Positions 1 through 10,790 are shown, counted from the stretch's first letter. The stretch: DNA of 64,000 bases from Patescibacteria group bacterium (GCA_018818885.1 JAHIRB010000018.1:5041-69040); one strand, 5' to 3'. Notes: a model not told the origin generated them from the letters alone. A program made the numbers and translations.

Positions 1-217
1 TTCTAGTGTCAGTAACAAGCTTAATGAAGTAATGAAGGTTTTAACAATTTTTGCTGCAATATTTATTCCTCTAACCTTTATTGCAGGAATTTATGGCATG
101 AATTTTAAATATATGCCTGAGCTTGGATGGAAATTCGGTTACTTGGGATTTTGGGGTATCATTTTTACAGTTGCGATAGGGTTGTTATACTATTTCAAAA
201 AAAAGAAATGGTTGTAA
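1..217 (+). CDS. corA: CorA-family Mg/Co transporter, C-terminal fragment (5' truncated by window)
   Basis: GIYGMNF signature and MPEL loop between two TM helices; frame open from window start. Confidence 0.9.
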   Translation, partial: SSVSNKLNEVMKVLTIFAAIFIPLTFIAGIYGMNFKYMPELGWKFGYLGFWGIIFTVAIGLLYYFKKKKWL

Positions 218-280
218 TAATATTAGAAAATATAATAATTTTATAAATTATCTTCTTTAAATAATTAATTTTTAAAATTA

Positions 281-664
281 ATGAAAACATTACTTAAAAT
301 TTTAAATGCTTTTTTTGTGGTTTTGGGTGTAATCTTCTTTATTTTGATGATTGCAGCAGTAATTTTTATAATTACTGACCCCTACAACTTAAAACCACTA
401 TTAAAGCAAGTTGATATCCCCAGCGGTATCAAGTCAACACTCAACGATTCCACACCAGTTGATGAGCATCCAATGCTTACTTCAGATCAAGAAAAAACTT
501 TGCAAACATTTGGTATTGATCCAGCTAGTCTTCCCACCACCATTACACCAGAAATGGAAAGCTGTGCGATTGAAAAATTAGGTCAAACTCGGGTAAATGA
601 AATCAAAGCGGGCGCAGAGCCATCATTTACTGATTATCTAAAAGCAAATTCTTGTCTTAATTAG
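281..664 (+). CDS. hypothetical membrane-anchored protein
   Basis: 127 aa ORF, N-terminal hydrophobic helix. Confidence 0.7.
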   Translation: MKTLLKILNAFFVVLGVIFFILMIAAVIFIITDPYNLKPLLKQVDIPSGIKSTLNDSTPVDEHPMLTSDQEKTLQTFGIDPASLPTTITPEMESCAIEKLGQTRVNEIKAGAEPSFTDYLKANSCLN

Positions 665-807
665 CTTATGGCATTTGGCTTATAGCTTATTGCCTATTAA
701 TCTTGACAAAATATGCTATTTATTTTAATATTGAAAATAGGTTTTTAGATAATGAGATTGGTAAGCACAAAAAAACTTCTAATTTAAATTATTAATTATA
801 CAAATTT

Positions 808-1356
808 ATGGCAGTAGAACATCGCTCAGATGAAAATATAGGTGAGGATGTAGAAACAATCCCGACACTTAGTAGACTAGTAGAAGATTTTGTACCACCT
901 GATTGGGAAAGTCCTTTAGCAGGGAGGATCTCAGAATTCAGTACTGATATTAAAGCCATGATAATGGACAAAAGTCGTGAAGAAATAAATAAGTTAAAAG
1001 AAGAAGGAAAATATCCAACAAAAATGGAGGAGATAAAAGTTAAAAAAATTGAAGATAAATATGGTGATATTCTCAGTGAGGTAGATAAAAAATTATTGGA
1101 ACGATTGTCTAAATTAAAAGATAAATACTTCGGTAACGAAAAATCTTTGGGAAGAGGAAAAATTAAGAATAGCGCGAGTGATTCATTTCAAGAAGGTACT
1201 TCAAATGCAAATACTAAGGAAAATTACAAAAAACTTGAAGAAGAAATTGATAATGAGTTAGCAGAAATCGCTAAAGGCATATTACCTGAATCATTTCAAG
1301 AGAATTGGCAAGAAAGAAATACACCAGAACAAGAAGAAGAAAAAATGGCAGCATAA
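808..1356 (+). CDS. hypothetical acidic protein ending in ...EEKMAA
   Basis: 182 aa ORF with host-like codon usage. Confidence 0.65.
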   Translation: MAVEHRSDENIGEDVETIPTLSRLVEDFVPPDWESPLAGRISEFSTDIKAMIMDKSREEINKLKEEGKYPTKMEEIKVKKIEDKYGDILSEVDKKLLERLSKLKDKYFGNEKSLGRGKIKNSASDSFQEGTSNANTKENYKKLEEEIDNELAEIAKGILPESFQENWQERNTPEQEEEKMAA

Positions 1357-1437
1357 TATTAATAAATAATTTCTTTACCAACTAGGCCCACTGAACATCT
1401 TCGTATTAGAGTATGTTTTTTGGTATAATAAAAACAT

Positions 1438-1692
1438 ATGAAGATATTAATATTTTTTATATTATTACTATCAATACTATTGAATCCAATTGTATTATTT
1501 GCTGCTGATAATCAGTCTATAAATTATGGTGGAAAGACTTTACAGCTTGGACAAACTTATGCAGATGGCCCCGAAGCTTTTGATCGTCGTTCAGTGTTTC
1601 CTAATATTTTATTTGCTGCAATCGGTGTATTGATTATACTTTTTATCATTATTAATTTAATTAGGTATTTGGAATATAGGAAAATCAGATAA
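1438..1692 (+). CDS. small membrane protein (signal peptide plus C-terminal TM)
   Basis: 84 aa ORF, TATAAT just upstream. Confidence 0.6.
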   Translation: MKILIFFILLLSILLNPIVLFAADNQSINYGGKTLQLGQTYADGPEAFDRRSVFPNILFAAIGVLIILFIIINLIRYLEYRKIR

Positions 1693-1957
1693 GCAACAAC
1701 GAAAGAGGTTTATAAAAATATGTTTTATCGTGCTCTCAATATTATTGATTTTAGATATTATTATATTATTTGCACTCTAAACATCTGCTGCTCTAGCCCT
1801 TTGAGGAATAGCAATAAATCAAGAAACAAATTATTAAAAGATTAACGCACGCATCTTATTTTGATTTTGATTTAACACCTTTGTATTAGAAGGTGTTTTT
1901 ATTTGTCTGTCGAAATTAGAGTATAATACTCCATTACAGCTATGCTATAATAAAATC

Positions 1958-3295
1958 ATGCAGAAGAGAATTGAACAATTTATCGCAAATCCTAAGAAAG
2001 CTTTATGGAAGCTTTCTTTGCCAATTATTATCGGAATGTTAGTCCAAGTTTTATACAACATTGTGGATACCGCCTTTGTTGGTAGGCTTGGCGCAGAAGC
2101 CATTGCGGCATTAACATTTTCTTGGCCATTATTTTTTGTATTGATTTCATTGAATGGAGGGCTGGGAGCAGGCATGAACTCTCGCCTATCACGTTACTTG
2201 GGCGAAAAAAACATACCCCAAGCGGAAAATACAGCAACCCATGGCATGGTATTGTCTTTAGTCGTAGGTTTTATTATTTTTGTTTTAGGCATGATTTTTT
2301 TAAAACCTTTATTAGTAGTTTTCGGCGCTTCTGATTATGTTTTGAAATATGCTTTGGATTATATGAGAATTATTTTAGTGGCAGGGTTATTTATGTATCC
2401 CTCGTATATTATGTATTATATATTCGCCGCACAGGGAGATACCAAAACTCCGATGAAAGTTCAAATAATTGCTTTGGTTGTTAACATGATTTTAGACCCG
2501 ATATTTATTTATTTTTTAGGCCTTGGAGTTAAAGGTGCTGCTTATGCAACCATGATTTCTTTTTTACTTTCTTTAATAATCTATATATATCTGTTTAAGA
2601 AAAGATCACATATAAAAATTAATATCAAAACTTTTAAGTTTTCGTGGCGTATTACTAAAGAAATCCTTGCTGTAGGGCTACCTGCCACCATCATGATGCT
2701 TTTGATGTCTGTTTATTTTATTTTTATAAATCGTTTGATGGCATCTTTTGATGTTGAAACAGTGGCAGCGTTTGGTATAGTAGCTCGGCTTGATAGTGTT
2801 GCAGTTATGCCGGTGGTTGGCCTTTCGGCTGCACTCATTACTTTAGTTGCAATGTTTTATGGAGCAAAAAGATACGACCTTCTAAGAAGTATCGTTTGGT
2901 ATGCAATTAGGGTGATGATAATTTTTAGTATTATTATAGGCTTTATATTTTTTGTTTTCCCACAATTATTTTTGATGATATTTACCAAAGATAAAAATTT
3001 GATTAATCTTGGTTCCCAATATTTAAGAATACAGTTGTTTACTTATCCTTTTATGGTAATCGCCATGATAATTGGTAGAACTATGCAAGGGCTTGGTTTG
3101 GGTTTGCCTGGTTTGATAATTAATTCATTAAGAATGATTTTGATTGCTGTTCCTTTAGCTTATGTTTTTGTTTTAATATTTAACTTTTCTTATTTGTCTA
3201 TTGCGGTTGCTTCGGTAATCGCGGCAGTCATAGCAGCAATTGTTGCGATAATTTGGATAGAAATTAAATTAAAGAAATTAAAATTACTTATTTGA
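1958..3295 (+). CDS. MATE family efflux transporter
   Basis: YNIVDTAFVGRLG motif, GDTKTPM, about 12 TM helices. Confidence 0.92.
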   Translation: MQKRIEQFIANPKKALWKLSLPIIIGMLVQVLYNIVDTAFVGRLGAEAIAALTFSWPLFFVLISLNGGLGAGMNSRLSRYLGEKNIPQAENTATHGMVLSLVVGFIIFVLGMIFLKPLLVVFGASDYVLKYALDYMRIILVAGLFMYPSYIMYYIFAAQGDTKTPMKVQIIALVVNMILDPIFIYFLGLGVKGAAYATMISFLLSLIIYIYLFKKRSHIKINIKTFKFSWRITKEILAVGLPATIMMLLMSVYFIFINRLMASFDVETVAAFGIVARLDSVAVMPVVGLSAALITLVAMFYGAKRYDLLRSIVWYAIRVMIIFSIIIGFIFFVFPQLFLMIFTKDKNLINLGSQYLRIQLFTYPFMVIAMIIGRTMQGLGLGLPGLIINSLRMILIAVPLAYVFVLIFNFSYLSIAVASVIAAVIAAIVAIIWIEIKLKKLKLLI

Positions 3296-3350
3296 TTAAA
3301 ATGAAAATTAAATATATACTTGGTATGATCTAATAATTAATTTAAAAAAT

Positions 3351-3596
3351 ATGAATAAAGTAACCGTTTACTCTACCCCAACCTGTCCTTATTGTTTACA
3401 AGCAAAAGCTTATTTTAAAGAAAATAATGTTGAGTTCAAAGACATTGATGTAGCAGCAGATGAAAAAAAAGCAGAAGAAATGATTCATAAATCAGGCCAG
3501 ATGGGTGTCCCTGTTATAATCATAGAAAAAGATGGTAAGGAAGAAGTAGTCGTCGGTTTTGAAAAAGAAAAGATAGCTGGACTTCTTAGCTTATAA
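3351..3596 (+). CDS. glutaredoxin / NrdH-like redoxin
   Basis: CPYC active site, GQMGVPV. Confidence 0.92.
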   Translation: MNKVTVYSTPTCPYCLQAKAYFKENNVEFKDIDVAADEKKAEEMIHKSGQMGVPVIIIEKDGKEEVVVGFEKEKIAGLLSL

Positions 3597-3620
3597 TCAA
3601 TTTTGTCGATACATACATAA

Positions 3621-3652
3621 AATAGACCCTGCTTTCGTAGGGCTTATTTTTT
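3621..3652 (+). terminator. intrinsic terminator
   Basis: hairpin followed by T-tract after glutaredoxin. Confidence 0.55.
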
Positions 3653-3714
3653 TAGGTAATTTTATAAATTTATCGTATAATAAAGATAGGATTAATTAAT
3701 ATATTACAAATAGT

Positions 3715-4152
3715 ATGATTTATATCGGAGCAGATCACGCCGGTTTTAAGCTTAAGGAACAAATTAAAAGATATTTTAAAAGTAAAGATATGAGTTTTGA
3801 AGACCTGGGAAACTTAAAGTACGAAAAAACAGACGACTATCCCGACTACGCTTTTAAGGTAGCAAAAAAAGTGTCACAAACAAACAGCCGAGGCATTTTA
3901 GTTTGTGGCAGTGGCGTGGGAGTTTGTATTGCAGCAAACAAAGTAAAGGGTGTTAGAGCAACTCAACCAGTCAACGTCAGTATGGCAAAACAGTCACGTG
4001 AGCATGATGATACCAATGTATTATGTTTTGGACAAAACTTTATAAAGATTAAAGATGTAAAAAAAATAATTGATGTTTGGTTAAAAACTAAACAAAGTCC
4101 AGCCAAAAGACATAAACGTCGTCTTAACAAAATTAAGAAAATTGAGAAGTAA
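3715..4152 (+). CDS. rpiB: ribose-5-phosphate isomerase B
   Basis: IGADHAG, DDYPD, CGSGVG, ANKVKGVRA motifs. Confidence 0.95.
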   Translation: MIYIGADHAGFKLKEQIKRYFKSKDMSFEDLGNLKYEKTDDYPDYAFKVAKKVSQTNSRGILVCGSGVGVCIAANKVKGVRATQPVNVSMAKQSREHDDTNVLCFGQNFIKIKDVKKIIDVWLKTKQSPAKRHKRRLNKIKKIEK

Positions 4153-4155
4153 TCT

Positions 4156-4788
4156 ATGCCAGAAATAATTCCCGCAATTTTGACTGATGGTTTAGAAGAT
4201 TTTAAGGATAAACTAAAAAAATTAGAAGGGCTTACCAAGTGGGTGCAAATTGACATCATGGATGGCAAGTTTGTCAATAATAAATCAATCAAGCTCGAAG
4301 ATATTGTTAGTATTGATCATAATTTTAAATTAGAAGTACATCTGATGGTAGAAAATCCAGAAAAGTATTTTAAGGTCTGTCAAAAATTAAAATGCAAAAG
4401 AGTTCTTTTTCATTTTGAAGCTGTAAAAGATCCGTTGAAAACAATTGAGGAGATGAACCAATATGATTTTGCCAAAGGTATATCAATTAACCCCCCAACA
4501 CCAGTAGATGATGTGTTGCCTTACGTAGATTTGGTTGATGTAGTTTTGTTTTTAGCAGTTAACCCAGGTTGGCAGGGGCAAAAGTTTGATCCTAATGTTT
4601 TAAAAAAGATAGAAAAGATTAGAGAAACTCATCCCAATAAACAAATATCTATTGATGGTGGAGTGAATATGGATAATATCAAAAGAGTAGTTAGTGCAGG
4701 ATTTAATATAATAAATATTGGTAGCGCAATTTTTCAAAATGATCAAGTTGAGAAAAATATTATATCATTTAAAAGTATTATTAAATAA
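4156..4788 (+). CDS. rpe: ribulose-phosphate 3-epimerase
   Basis: DIMDGKFV, EVHLMV, VNPGWQGQKF, IDGGVN motifs. Confidence 0.93.
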   Translation: MPEIIPAILTDGLEDFKDKLKKLEGLTKWVQIDIMDGKFVNNKSIKLEDIVSIDHNFKLEVHLMVENPEKYFKVCQKLKCKRVLFHFEAVKDPLKTIEEMNQYDFAKGISINPPTPVDDVLPYVDLVDVVLFLAVNPGWQGQKFDPNVLKKIEKIRETHPNKQISIDGGVNMDNIKRVVSAGFNIINIGSAIFQNDQVEKNIISFKSIIK

Positions 4789-4863
4789 AAAGACTGGGCA
4801 ATTCATAATTAACTTACCCAGTCAGTTGTGCGAAGCCTAGTAGCTAATAGGTATCCATACAAG

Positions 4864-5124
4864 TTAAAGGTGCGATATTAACAACATTAACCAAGCTGTG
4901 AATACGAAGCGGAATGCCCACATACGATATGATTCTGACTGGGCAATTTCAGCTTTAGCATCTTTGCTGAATTTAATGCCAATTAAGTTGTGATCAGAAA
5001 ATCCTAATGATTCGAGGATTTGAAAGTCACGTGCATTATCCGAATATATTTTGGCTGCAAGCATAGCAAGCAATCCAAGAAATGCAAACATGATTGAGAC
5101 TATCAAATTCCATGTCATTGACAT
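4864..5124 (-). CDS. orphan small membrane protein inserted between rpe and tkt
   Basis: 86 aa ORF with two hydrophobic segments and strong GGGAGGTGA SD upstream. Confidence 0.55.
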   Translation of the reverse strand: MSMTWNLIVSIMFAFLGLLAMLAAKIYSDNARDFQILESLGFSDHNLIGIKFSKDAKAEIAQSESYRMWAFRFVFTAWLMLLISHL

Positions 5125-5251
5125 TATTTGTCACCTCCCTGTTTCGTATAAATTTTTAGTTGTTGGATTTTCTTGATTGAGACATTGATATATTACTATA
5201 TGTGTTAAATAATTTCAAGTCATATATTAGTTATTGATATTATATAGATTT

Positions 5252-7264
5252 ATGGATCAAAAACAACTAGATCAACTTTCCATTAACACAATTCGTTTTT
5301 TAGCAGTAGATGCAGTGCAAAAAGCCAATTCAGGACACCCAGGTTTGCCTATGGGAGCAGCACCAATGGCTTATACTCTTTGGACTAAGTTTTTAAGTCA
5401 TAACCCAAATAATCCCGAGTGGCTAAATCGGGATAGGTTTATTTTGTCTGCTGGGCATGGATCAATGCTGTTATATTCTTTACTCCATTTGACTGGGTAT
5501 GACATACCTTTAAGTCAGATTAAACGATTTCGTCAATGGGATTCTAAAACACCTGGTCATCCTGAATACGAAATTAAATCAGGCATTGAAACTACAACCG
5601 GTCCATTAGGCCAAGGTTTTGGTAATGGAATTGGTATGGCAATAGCGCAAAGGTATTTATCAAACCGATATAACAAGCGTGGATTTAAATTATTTGATTA
5701 TTATATTTACAGTATTGTTTCAGACGGTGATTTAATGGAAGGAGTGTCGTCAGAAACAGCTTCTATGGCTGGTAACTTAAAATTAGGCAAGTTGATATAT
5801 TTATATGATGATAACGACATATCAATTGAAGGATCAACGAACATAACTTTCACAGAAGATGTTGCTACTAGATTTAAGGCATTTGAATGGCACGTTCAAA
5901 AAGTCAATGATGGAAACAATATCAAAGCAATTGAGGGTGCAATAGAAAAAGCAAAAAAGGACAACCGGCCATCCATCATTATTATCAAAACAACAATAGG
6001 TTATGGTAGTCCAAATAAAGCTAATACTGCTTCTGCCCATGGTGAAGCTTTGGGAGAAGAAGAGGTAGAATTAACCAAAGAAAATTTAAACTGGCCAAAG
6101 GAACCAGCATTTTACATTCCAAAAGAAGCTTTAGAACATTTCAGAACAGCAGTAGAAAAAGGTCATAAACAAGAAAAAGAATGGAACGAAATGTTGAAAG
6201 AGTATAAAAAGAAGTATCCTACCTTGGCAAAAGCATTAGTTACTTTAAAACCACAAAGGTTACCAGTTGGTTGGGCAAAAAAACTATCAGAATATTCTGC
6301 AAAAAAAGATCCAGTTGCTACTCGTGTAGTTTCAGGGGAAGTTTTGAATATTTTAGCTAAGTTTTTGCCAAATTTAATTGGAGGTTCTGCAGATCTAGAA
6401 CCATCAAACAAAACTTATCTAAAAGGTAAAGGAGATTTCAGCGCTAAGACAGCTAACAGAGAAACTCACAACTTGCATTTTGGAGTGAGAGAGCACGGCA
6501 TGGCTGCAATTTTAAATGGAATCGCATTGTCAAAACTAGTAATCCCCTATGGCGGAACATTTTTGATATTTTCAGATTACATGCGGCCATCAATTAGGCT
6601 GGCAGCTTTGATGGGGCTACGCGTAGTTTATGTATTTACTCACGATTCTATTGGTTTGGGAGAAGACGGGCCAACACATCAACCAATTGAGCAGTTAATG
6701 GCTTTGCGGGCTATCCCTAATATGACTGTTATACGTCCAGCAGATGCTAACGAAACCGTACAAGCGTGGAAAGTAGCAATAGAAAATACAACAGGCCCAA
6801 CAGCTATATGTCTAACACGTCAAAGTTTACCAATCATTGACCAAAAAACCTACTCGTCAGCCAAGAATTTATCAAAAGGTGCATACATACTTAATCCCAA
6901 AGTAAAAAATCCAGATATTATTCTAATAGCAACAGGATCTGAAGTGCAATTAGCTATGGAAGCATCAGAAAAATTATCCCCCAAAGTCAACGCTAGAGTA
7001 GTAAGCATGCCAAGCTGGGAGTTGTTCGAAAAACAACCACAAAGTTATAAAGATAAAGTTTTACCTCCAGAAGTAAAGTCAAGACTAGCAATTGAAGCAG
7101 GAGTTACGCAGGGTTGGTATAAATATGTTGGCGATAAAGGTGATATTATCGGAATAGATAAATTTGGTGCTTCAGCGCCAGGTAAAGTTGTTATGAAAAA
7201 ATACGGGTTTGGTTTAGCAAATGTTGTAAAAAAAGCCAGAGAGATTATTAAAAAGAATAAATAA
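5252..7264 (+). CDS. tkt: transketolase
   Basis: SGHPG, DRFILSAGHGS, SDGDLMEG ThDP motif, GEDGPTHQP; ATG at 5252 preferred. Confidence 0.97.
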   Translation: MDQKQLDQLSINTIRFLAVDAVQKANSGHPGLPMGAAPMAYTLWTKFLSHNPNNPEWLNRDRFILSAGHGSMLLYSLLHLTGYDIPLSQIKRFRQWDSKTPGHPEYEIKSGIETTTGPLGQGFGNGIGMAIAQRYLSNRYNKRGFKLFDYYIYSIVSDGDLMEGVSSETASMAGNLKLGKLIYLYDDNDISIEGSTNITFTEDVATRFKAFEWHVQKVNDGNNIKAIEGAIEKAKKDNRPSIIIIKTTIGYGSPNKANTASAHGEALGEEEVELTKENLNWPKEPAFYIPKEALEHFRTAVEKGHKQEKEWNEMLKEYKKKYPTLAKALVTLKPQRLPVGWAKKLSEYSAKKDPVATRVVSGEVLNILAKFLPNLIGGSADLEPSNKTYLKGKGDFSAKTANRETHNLHFGVREHGMAAILNGIALSKLVIPYGGTFLIFSDYMRPSIRLAALMGLRVVYVFTHDSIGLGEDGPTHQPIEQLMALRAIPNMTVIRPADANETVQAWKVAIENTTGPTAICLTRQSLPIIDQKTYSSAKNLSKGAYILNPKVKNPDIILIATGSEVQLAMEASEKLSPKVNARVVSMPSWELFEKQPQSYKDKVLPPEVKSRLAIEAGVTQGWYKYVGDKGDIIGIDKFGASAPGKVVMKKYGFGLANVVKKAREIIKKNK

Positions 7265-7322
7265 ATGAAAAAGCCCAAGCGCGAGAGCGTTGGGCTGTCT
7301 TGTCGGATAATTAATTGATTGT

Positions 7323-7541
7323 TTATTGAACGTCGGTAATGATTTGATCTACCTTACCTCTGAATTTGGAGTTTTCGTCCGGTTTATAGTATCTCTCTGC
7401 AACATGTTTGACATAAATGCCAAGGTCATGGACGATAAGTTCAGACAAACATTCCCAGTCTGGAATCTCAATTTCTTCGCTGATTCCCTGGAAAACGAAC
7501 TCATCATTGCGAAATATTGATAGCAATAATCTTATCTTCAT
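7323..7541 (-). CDS. orphan hypothetical protein inserted between tkt and tal
   Basis: 72 aa ORF with GGGAGGGTGG SD; hairpin terminator at about 7270-7298. Confidence 0.5.
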   Translation of the reverse strand: MKIRLLLSIFRNDEFVFQGISEEIEIPDWECLSELIVHDLGIYVKHVAERYYKPDENSKFRGKVDQIITDVQ

Positions 7542-7624
7542 ATTTCCACCCTCCCTGCAGGACTATGTCAAATTATCTACAACAAGACCCAGTATACTAT
7601 CATAGATACTTAAAAATGTCGTAT

Positions 7625-8473
7625 ATGAAACCAAACAATTTAGCAACAAAAATATTCTTAGATTCTGGTGATCCTATAGAAACAAAAAAGACATTAGAAA
7701 TATTAGATTTTTTAGATGGCCAAACTACCAATCCATCATTAATCGCTAAAAATCCTCAAACAGCAGGCAAGAAATTTTCAAAAGAAGAAATTTATGAGTT
7801 TTACAAAAAAGTAGTTAAGGAGATTGCTCTAATGATTCAGCAGGGGTCCGTATCCGTAGAAGTGTATGCAGACAAAAATACTAAAGCTGAAAGTATGATT
7901 GTGCAAGGCAAAGAAATGTTTTCTTGGATTCCAAATGCACACATTAAACTGCCAACAAATACAGAAGGGCTCAAAGCTGCTGAAAGTTTGGTTCAAGATG
8001 GTTTGAGAGTAAATATGACCTTAGTATTCAGTCAGGAGCAAGCTGCAGCTGTCCATGCTGCAACAAAAGGTGCAAATAAAGGTGATGTCTTTGTTTCCCC
8101 TTTTGTGGGTAGGCTAGATGATCGTGGAGAGAATGGCATGGATTTAATCAAAAACATTATTGAAATGTATAAAAAAGCAGATAGTCATGTTGAAGTTTTA
8201 GCAGCAAGTGTAAGAAGTCTAGATCATTTTATGTATTCTTTGCAGTTGGGGTCTGATATTATTACTGCTCCGTTGAAGGTTTATCAAGAGTGGAACGAAA
8301 AAGGTATAAAAATTCCAGATGCAAACTATCAATACTTATTTAAAAACTTAATTCCCATGCCCTATCACGAGCTGGACTTAAGCAAGTCTTGGCAGGAATT
8401 TAATATTAACCATGGTTTAACCGATGCAGGCATAGAACACTTTGCCAAAGATTGGAACAATTTAATTAGATAA
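7625..8473 (+). CDS. tal: transaldolase family protein
   Basis: IFLDSG, GQTTNPSLI, HIKLP Schiff-base Lys, VNMTLVFS, VSPFVGRLDD. Confidence 0.93.
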   Translation: MKPNNLATKIFLDSGDPIETKKTLEILDFLDGQTTNPSLIAKNPQTAGKKFSKEEIYEFYKKVVKEIALMIQQGSVSVEVYADKNTKAESMIVQGKEMFSWIPNAHIKLPTNTEGLKAAESLVQDGLRVNMTLVFSQEQAAAVHAATKGANKGDVFVSPFVGRLDDRGENGMDLIKNIIEMYKKADSHVEVLAASVRSLDHFMYSLQLGSDIITAPLKVYQEWNEKGIKIPDANYQYLFKNLIPMPYHELDLSKSWQEFNINHGLTDAGIEHFAKDWNNLIR

Positions 8474-8558
8474 TACAAATTACGAATGAATACGAATATA
8501 CGAATCACATAATAAAATTAGCATTTGTATATTCGTATCTAATTAGTAATTCGTAATT
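8474..8558. repeat. TACGAAT-type inverted heptamer array (miniature palindromic element)
   Basis: TAC(G/A)AAT units followed by inverted ATT(C/T)GTA units; related copies at 29686, 42814, 55476, 55952. Confidence 0.75.
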
Positions 8559-8560
8559 TT

Positions 8561-9301
8561 ATGAAAAACATAATCAATAAGATGAAACCAAGAATTAAGC
8601 AGATAGTTTCTAGGAGAGATACAAGTTTTTCCTGGCGGATTTTTAAAATTATGGGAGAGTTTGTGACTGGTTTTGAGTTTTTACAGCAATATGGATTAGC
8701 TGCCACATTTTTTGGCACTGCGCGTTGCAGAAAAGAAACCAAAATATACAAAGAAGCAACAAAACTTGCCAAGGAACTTGCTAAAATGGGTTTTGCTATA
8801 ATCACTGGAGGTGGCCCTGGTATTATGGAGGCTGCTAATAAAGGCGCAGTAGAAGCTAAAGGAGATTCAGTGGGTTTAAATATCCAACTCCCAAATGAAC
8901 AACGTATCAATCCGTATGTCAAAGAATCTAGAGCTTTTCACTATTTTTTTACTAGAAAAGTTATGCTTTCATACGCCTCGGAAGTCTATATATTTTTTCC
9001 TGGCGGTTTTGGTACCCTTGACGAGCTTTATGAAATTTTAACTTTAATCCAGACACGAAAAATATGCAAGATTCCAGTTATTCTCGTGGATAAAGATTTT
9101 TGGCAGCCTTTGGTGGAGTGGATGTACGGCAGGCTTTATAGGCAAGATAAAGCAATTGATAAAGAAGATTTAAATTTGTTTAAGGTTGTTGATAATGCAG
9201 ACGAGGCTTTAAAATTAATTAAAAAAGTAATTAAGAGCAAGAAGCTGGTTGCTTCCGAAACCCCAATTGAATACGTTGCTGGTGAAAAAATTCAAAAATA
9301 A
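8561..9301 (+). CDS. LOG family (TIGR00730-like) nucleotide phosphoribohydrolase
   Basis: TGGGPGIMEAANKGA and PGGFGTLDE motifs. Confidence 0.92.
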   Translation: MKNIINKMKPRIKQIVSRRDTSFSWRIFKIMGEFVTGFEFLQQYGLAATFFGTARCRKETKIYKEATKLAKELAKMGFAIITGGGPGIMEAANKGAVEAKGDSVGLNIQLPNEQRINPYVKESRAFHYFFTRKVMLSYASEVYIFFPGGFGTLDELYEILTLIQTRKICKIPVILVDKDFWQPLVEWMYGRLYRQDKAIDKEDLNLFKVVDNADEALKLIKKVIKSKKLVASETPIEYVAGEKIQK

Positions 9302-9302
9302 A

Positions 9303-10613
9303 ATGCCAAATATAGAATTCAATTACAAAAACATCAGCTTTATCAAAGAGGATAAAATAAAAAATTCTGCAGAAAGTTTAAAGACCTATGTAGACCATCT
9401 TAAAATTGTTGCAGAGGCAAACAACTATGAATCAGACGAAGCTTCTATTTTTGCACCTTTTGATTTAGCTGCACAAAAAGAAATAAAGAGTGCGGTAGAA
9501 CAAACAAGTAGCAATATTTTAAAATATATTATTGTAGTAGGAATTGGCGGTTCAAACTTAGGTACTAAAGCAGTTTACGAAGCATTATTTGGAAATTTAG
9601 ATTCATTAAAAAAGAGACAACCTAAAATAATTTTTATAGATACAGTTGCTCCAAGTTTAATGGCAAATGTAAAATTAATTTTGGATGAAATTAAAACCAC
9701 AGAAGAAGTATTAATAAATCTCATCACAAAATCAGGCACTAATACCGAACCGATAGTTAACTTTGAGGGATTATATGCTTATCTGATAAAGCGTTTTCCA
9801 AACATTAACGAAAGAATAGTAGTTACAACAAGCGGTGGGACAAAACTATGGCAAAAATCTCATGAACTGGGTCTTACTATTTTAGACCACCCTACAGTTG
9901 GTGGCAGATATTCAGTTTTCACAGCTGTTGGTTTATTTCCGTTAGCTGTTGTTGGTGTTAATATTAATTCTTTACTAAAGGGTGCACAAGAAATGAGAGA
10001 TTTATGCATATCGTCGGACTTTGATGAAAATGTTGCATTGATTTCTGCAGTTTTGATACATCAACATTATCAAAAAGGCAAAAATATTTTAAACAACTTC
10101 TTTTTTAATCCAGAGCTTGAATCAGTCGGCAAGTGGTATCGCCAACTCATAGGTGAAAGTATTGGTAAAGAAAAAGATACGCGTGGAAACGAAGTCAACG
10201 CAGGCATCACACCCATTGTTTCCATTGGTTCAACAGATCTTCATTCCATGGCGCAACTATATTTAGGTGGACCAGATGATAAATTTACAAATTTTGTATA
10301 TGCTACAGACAAATCAGAGGCAGCTGTTCCAACACAGCAACTATTTCCAGGAGTAGTTGAAGGCCTAGAGGGTAAAGATTTAAAAATAATAATGAACGCA
10401 ATAATAGAGGGAGTTAAAAAAGCCTATTACAAAAAACAAATACCATACATGGAAATAAATATGCCAGAAATTTCTGCTTATACAATAGGACAATTTTTAC
10501 AGTTTAAGATGATGGAGATGATGTATTTGGCTAAGTTGATGGGAGTAAATGCATTCGATCAACCTAATGTAGAAGAATACAAAGAAGAGACTAGAAAACT
10601 CCTTGAATCTTAG
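9303..10613 (+). CDS. pgi: glucose-6-phosphate isomerase
   Basis: VGIGGSNLG, TKSG, VGGRYSV, QLIGESIGK, FDQPNVEEYK. Confidence 0.93.
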   Translation: MPNIEFNYKNISFIKEDKIKNSAESLKTYVDHLKIVAEANNYESDEASIFAPFDLAAQKEIKSAVEQTSSNILKYIIVVGIGGSNLGTKAVYEALFGNLDSLKKRQPKIIFIDTVAPSLMANVKLILDEIKTTEEVLINLITKSGTNTEPIVNFEGLYAYLIKRFPNINERIVVTTSGGTKLWQKSHELGLTILDHPTVGGRYSVFTAVGLFPLAVVGVNINSLLKGAQEMRDLCISSDFDENVALISAVLIHQHYQKGKNILNNFFFNPELESVGKWYRQLIGESIGKEKDTRGNEVNAGITPIVSIGSTDLHSMAQLYLGGPDDKFTNFVYATDKSEAAVPTQQLFPGVVEGLEGKDLKIIMNAIIEGVKKAYYKKQIPYMEINMPEISAYTIGQFLQFKMMEMMYLAKLMGVNAFDQPNVEEYKEETRKLLES

Positions 10614-10665
10614 CTTTCTTATTTTTACAAATTATTTTTTTAGTTAATGATGGGTATGTACTCAT

Positions 10666-10790
10666 TTTTTTCTTTGATACTTTTGTAACCAAAAGTATCC
10701 AAAAGTTTTGGGGTGGCGAAACTCGCACTTGCCTATGGGAAGGTGTGAGTATACTTTCCACGGGCTCGGACAGTCGCCACCCCAAACCCC
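10666..10790. repeat. GC-rich structured intergenic element
   Basis: GATACTTTTG..CAAAAGTATC hairpin plus TTTGGGGTGGCGA...TCGCCACCCCAAA inverted repeat. Confidence 0.6.
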
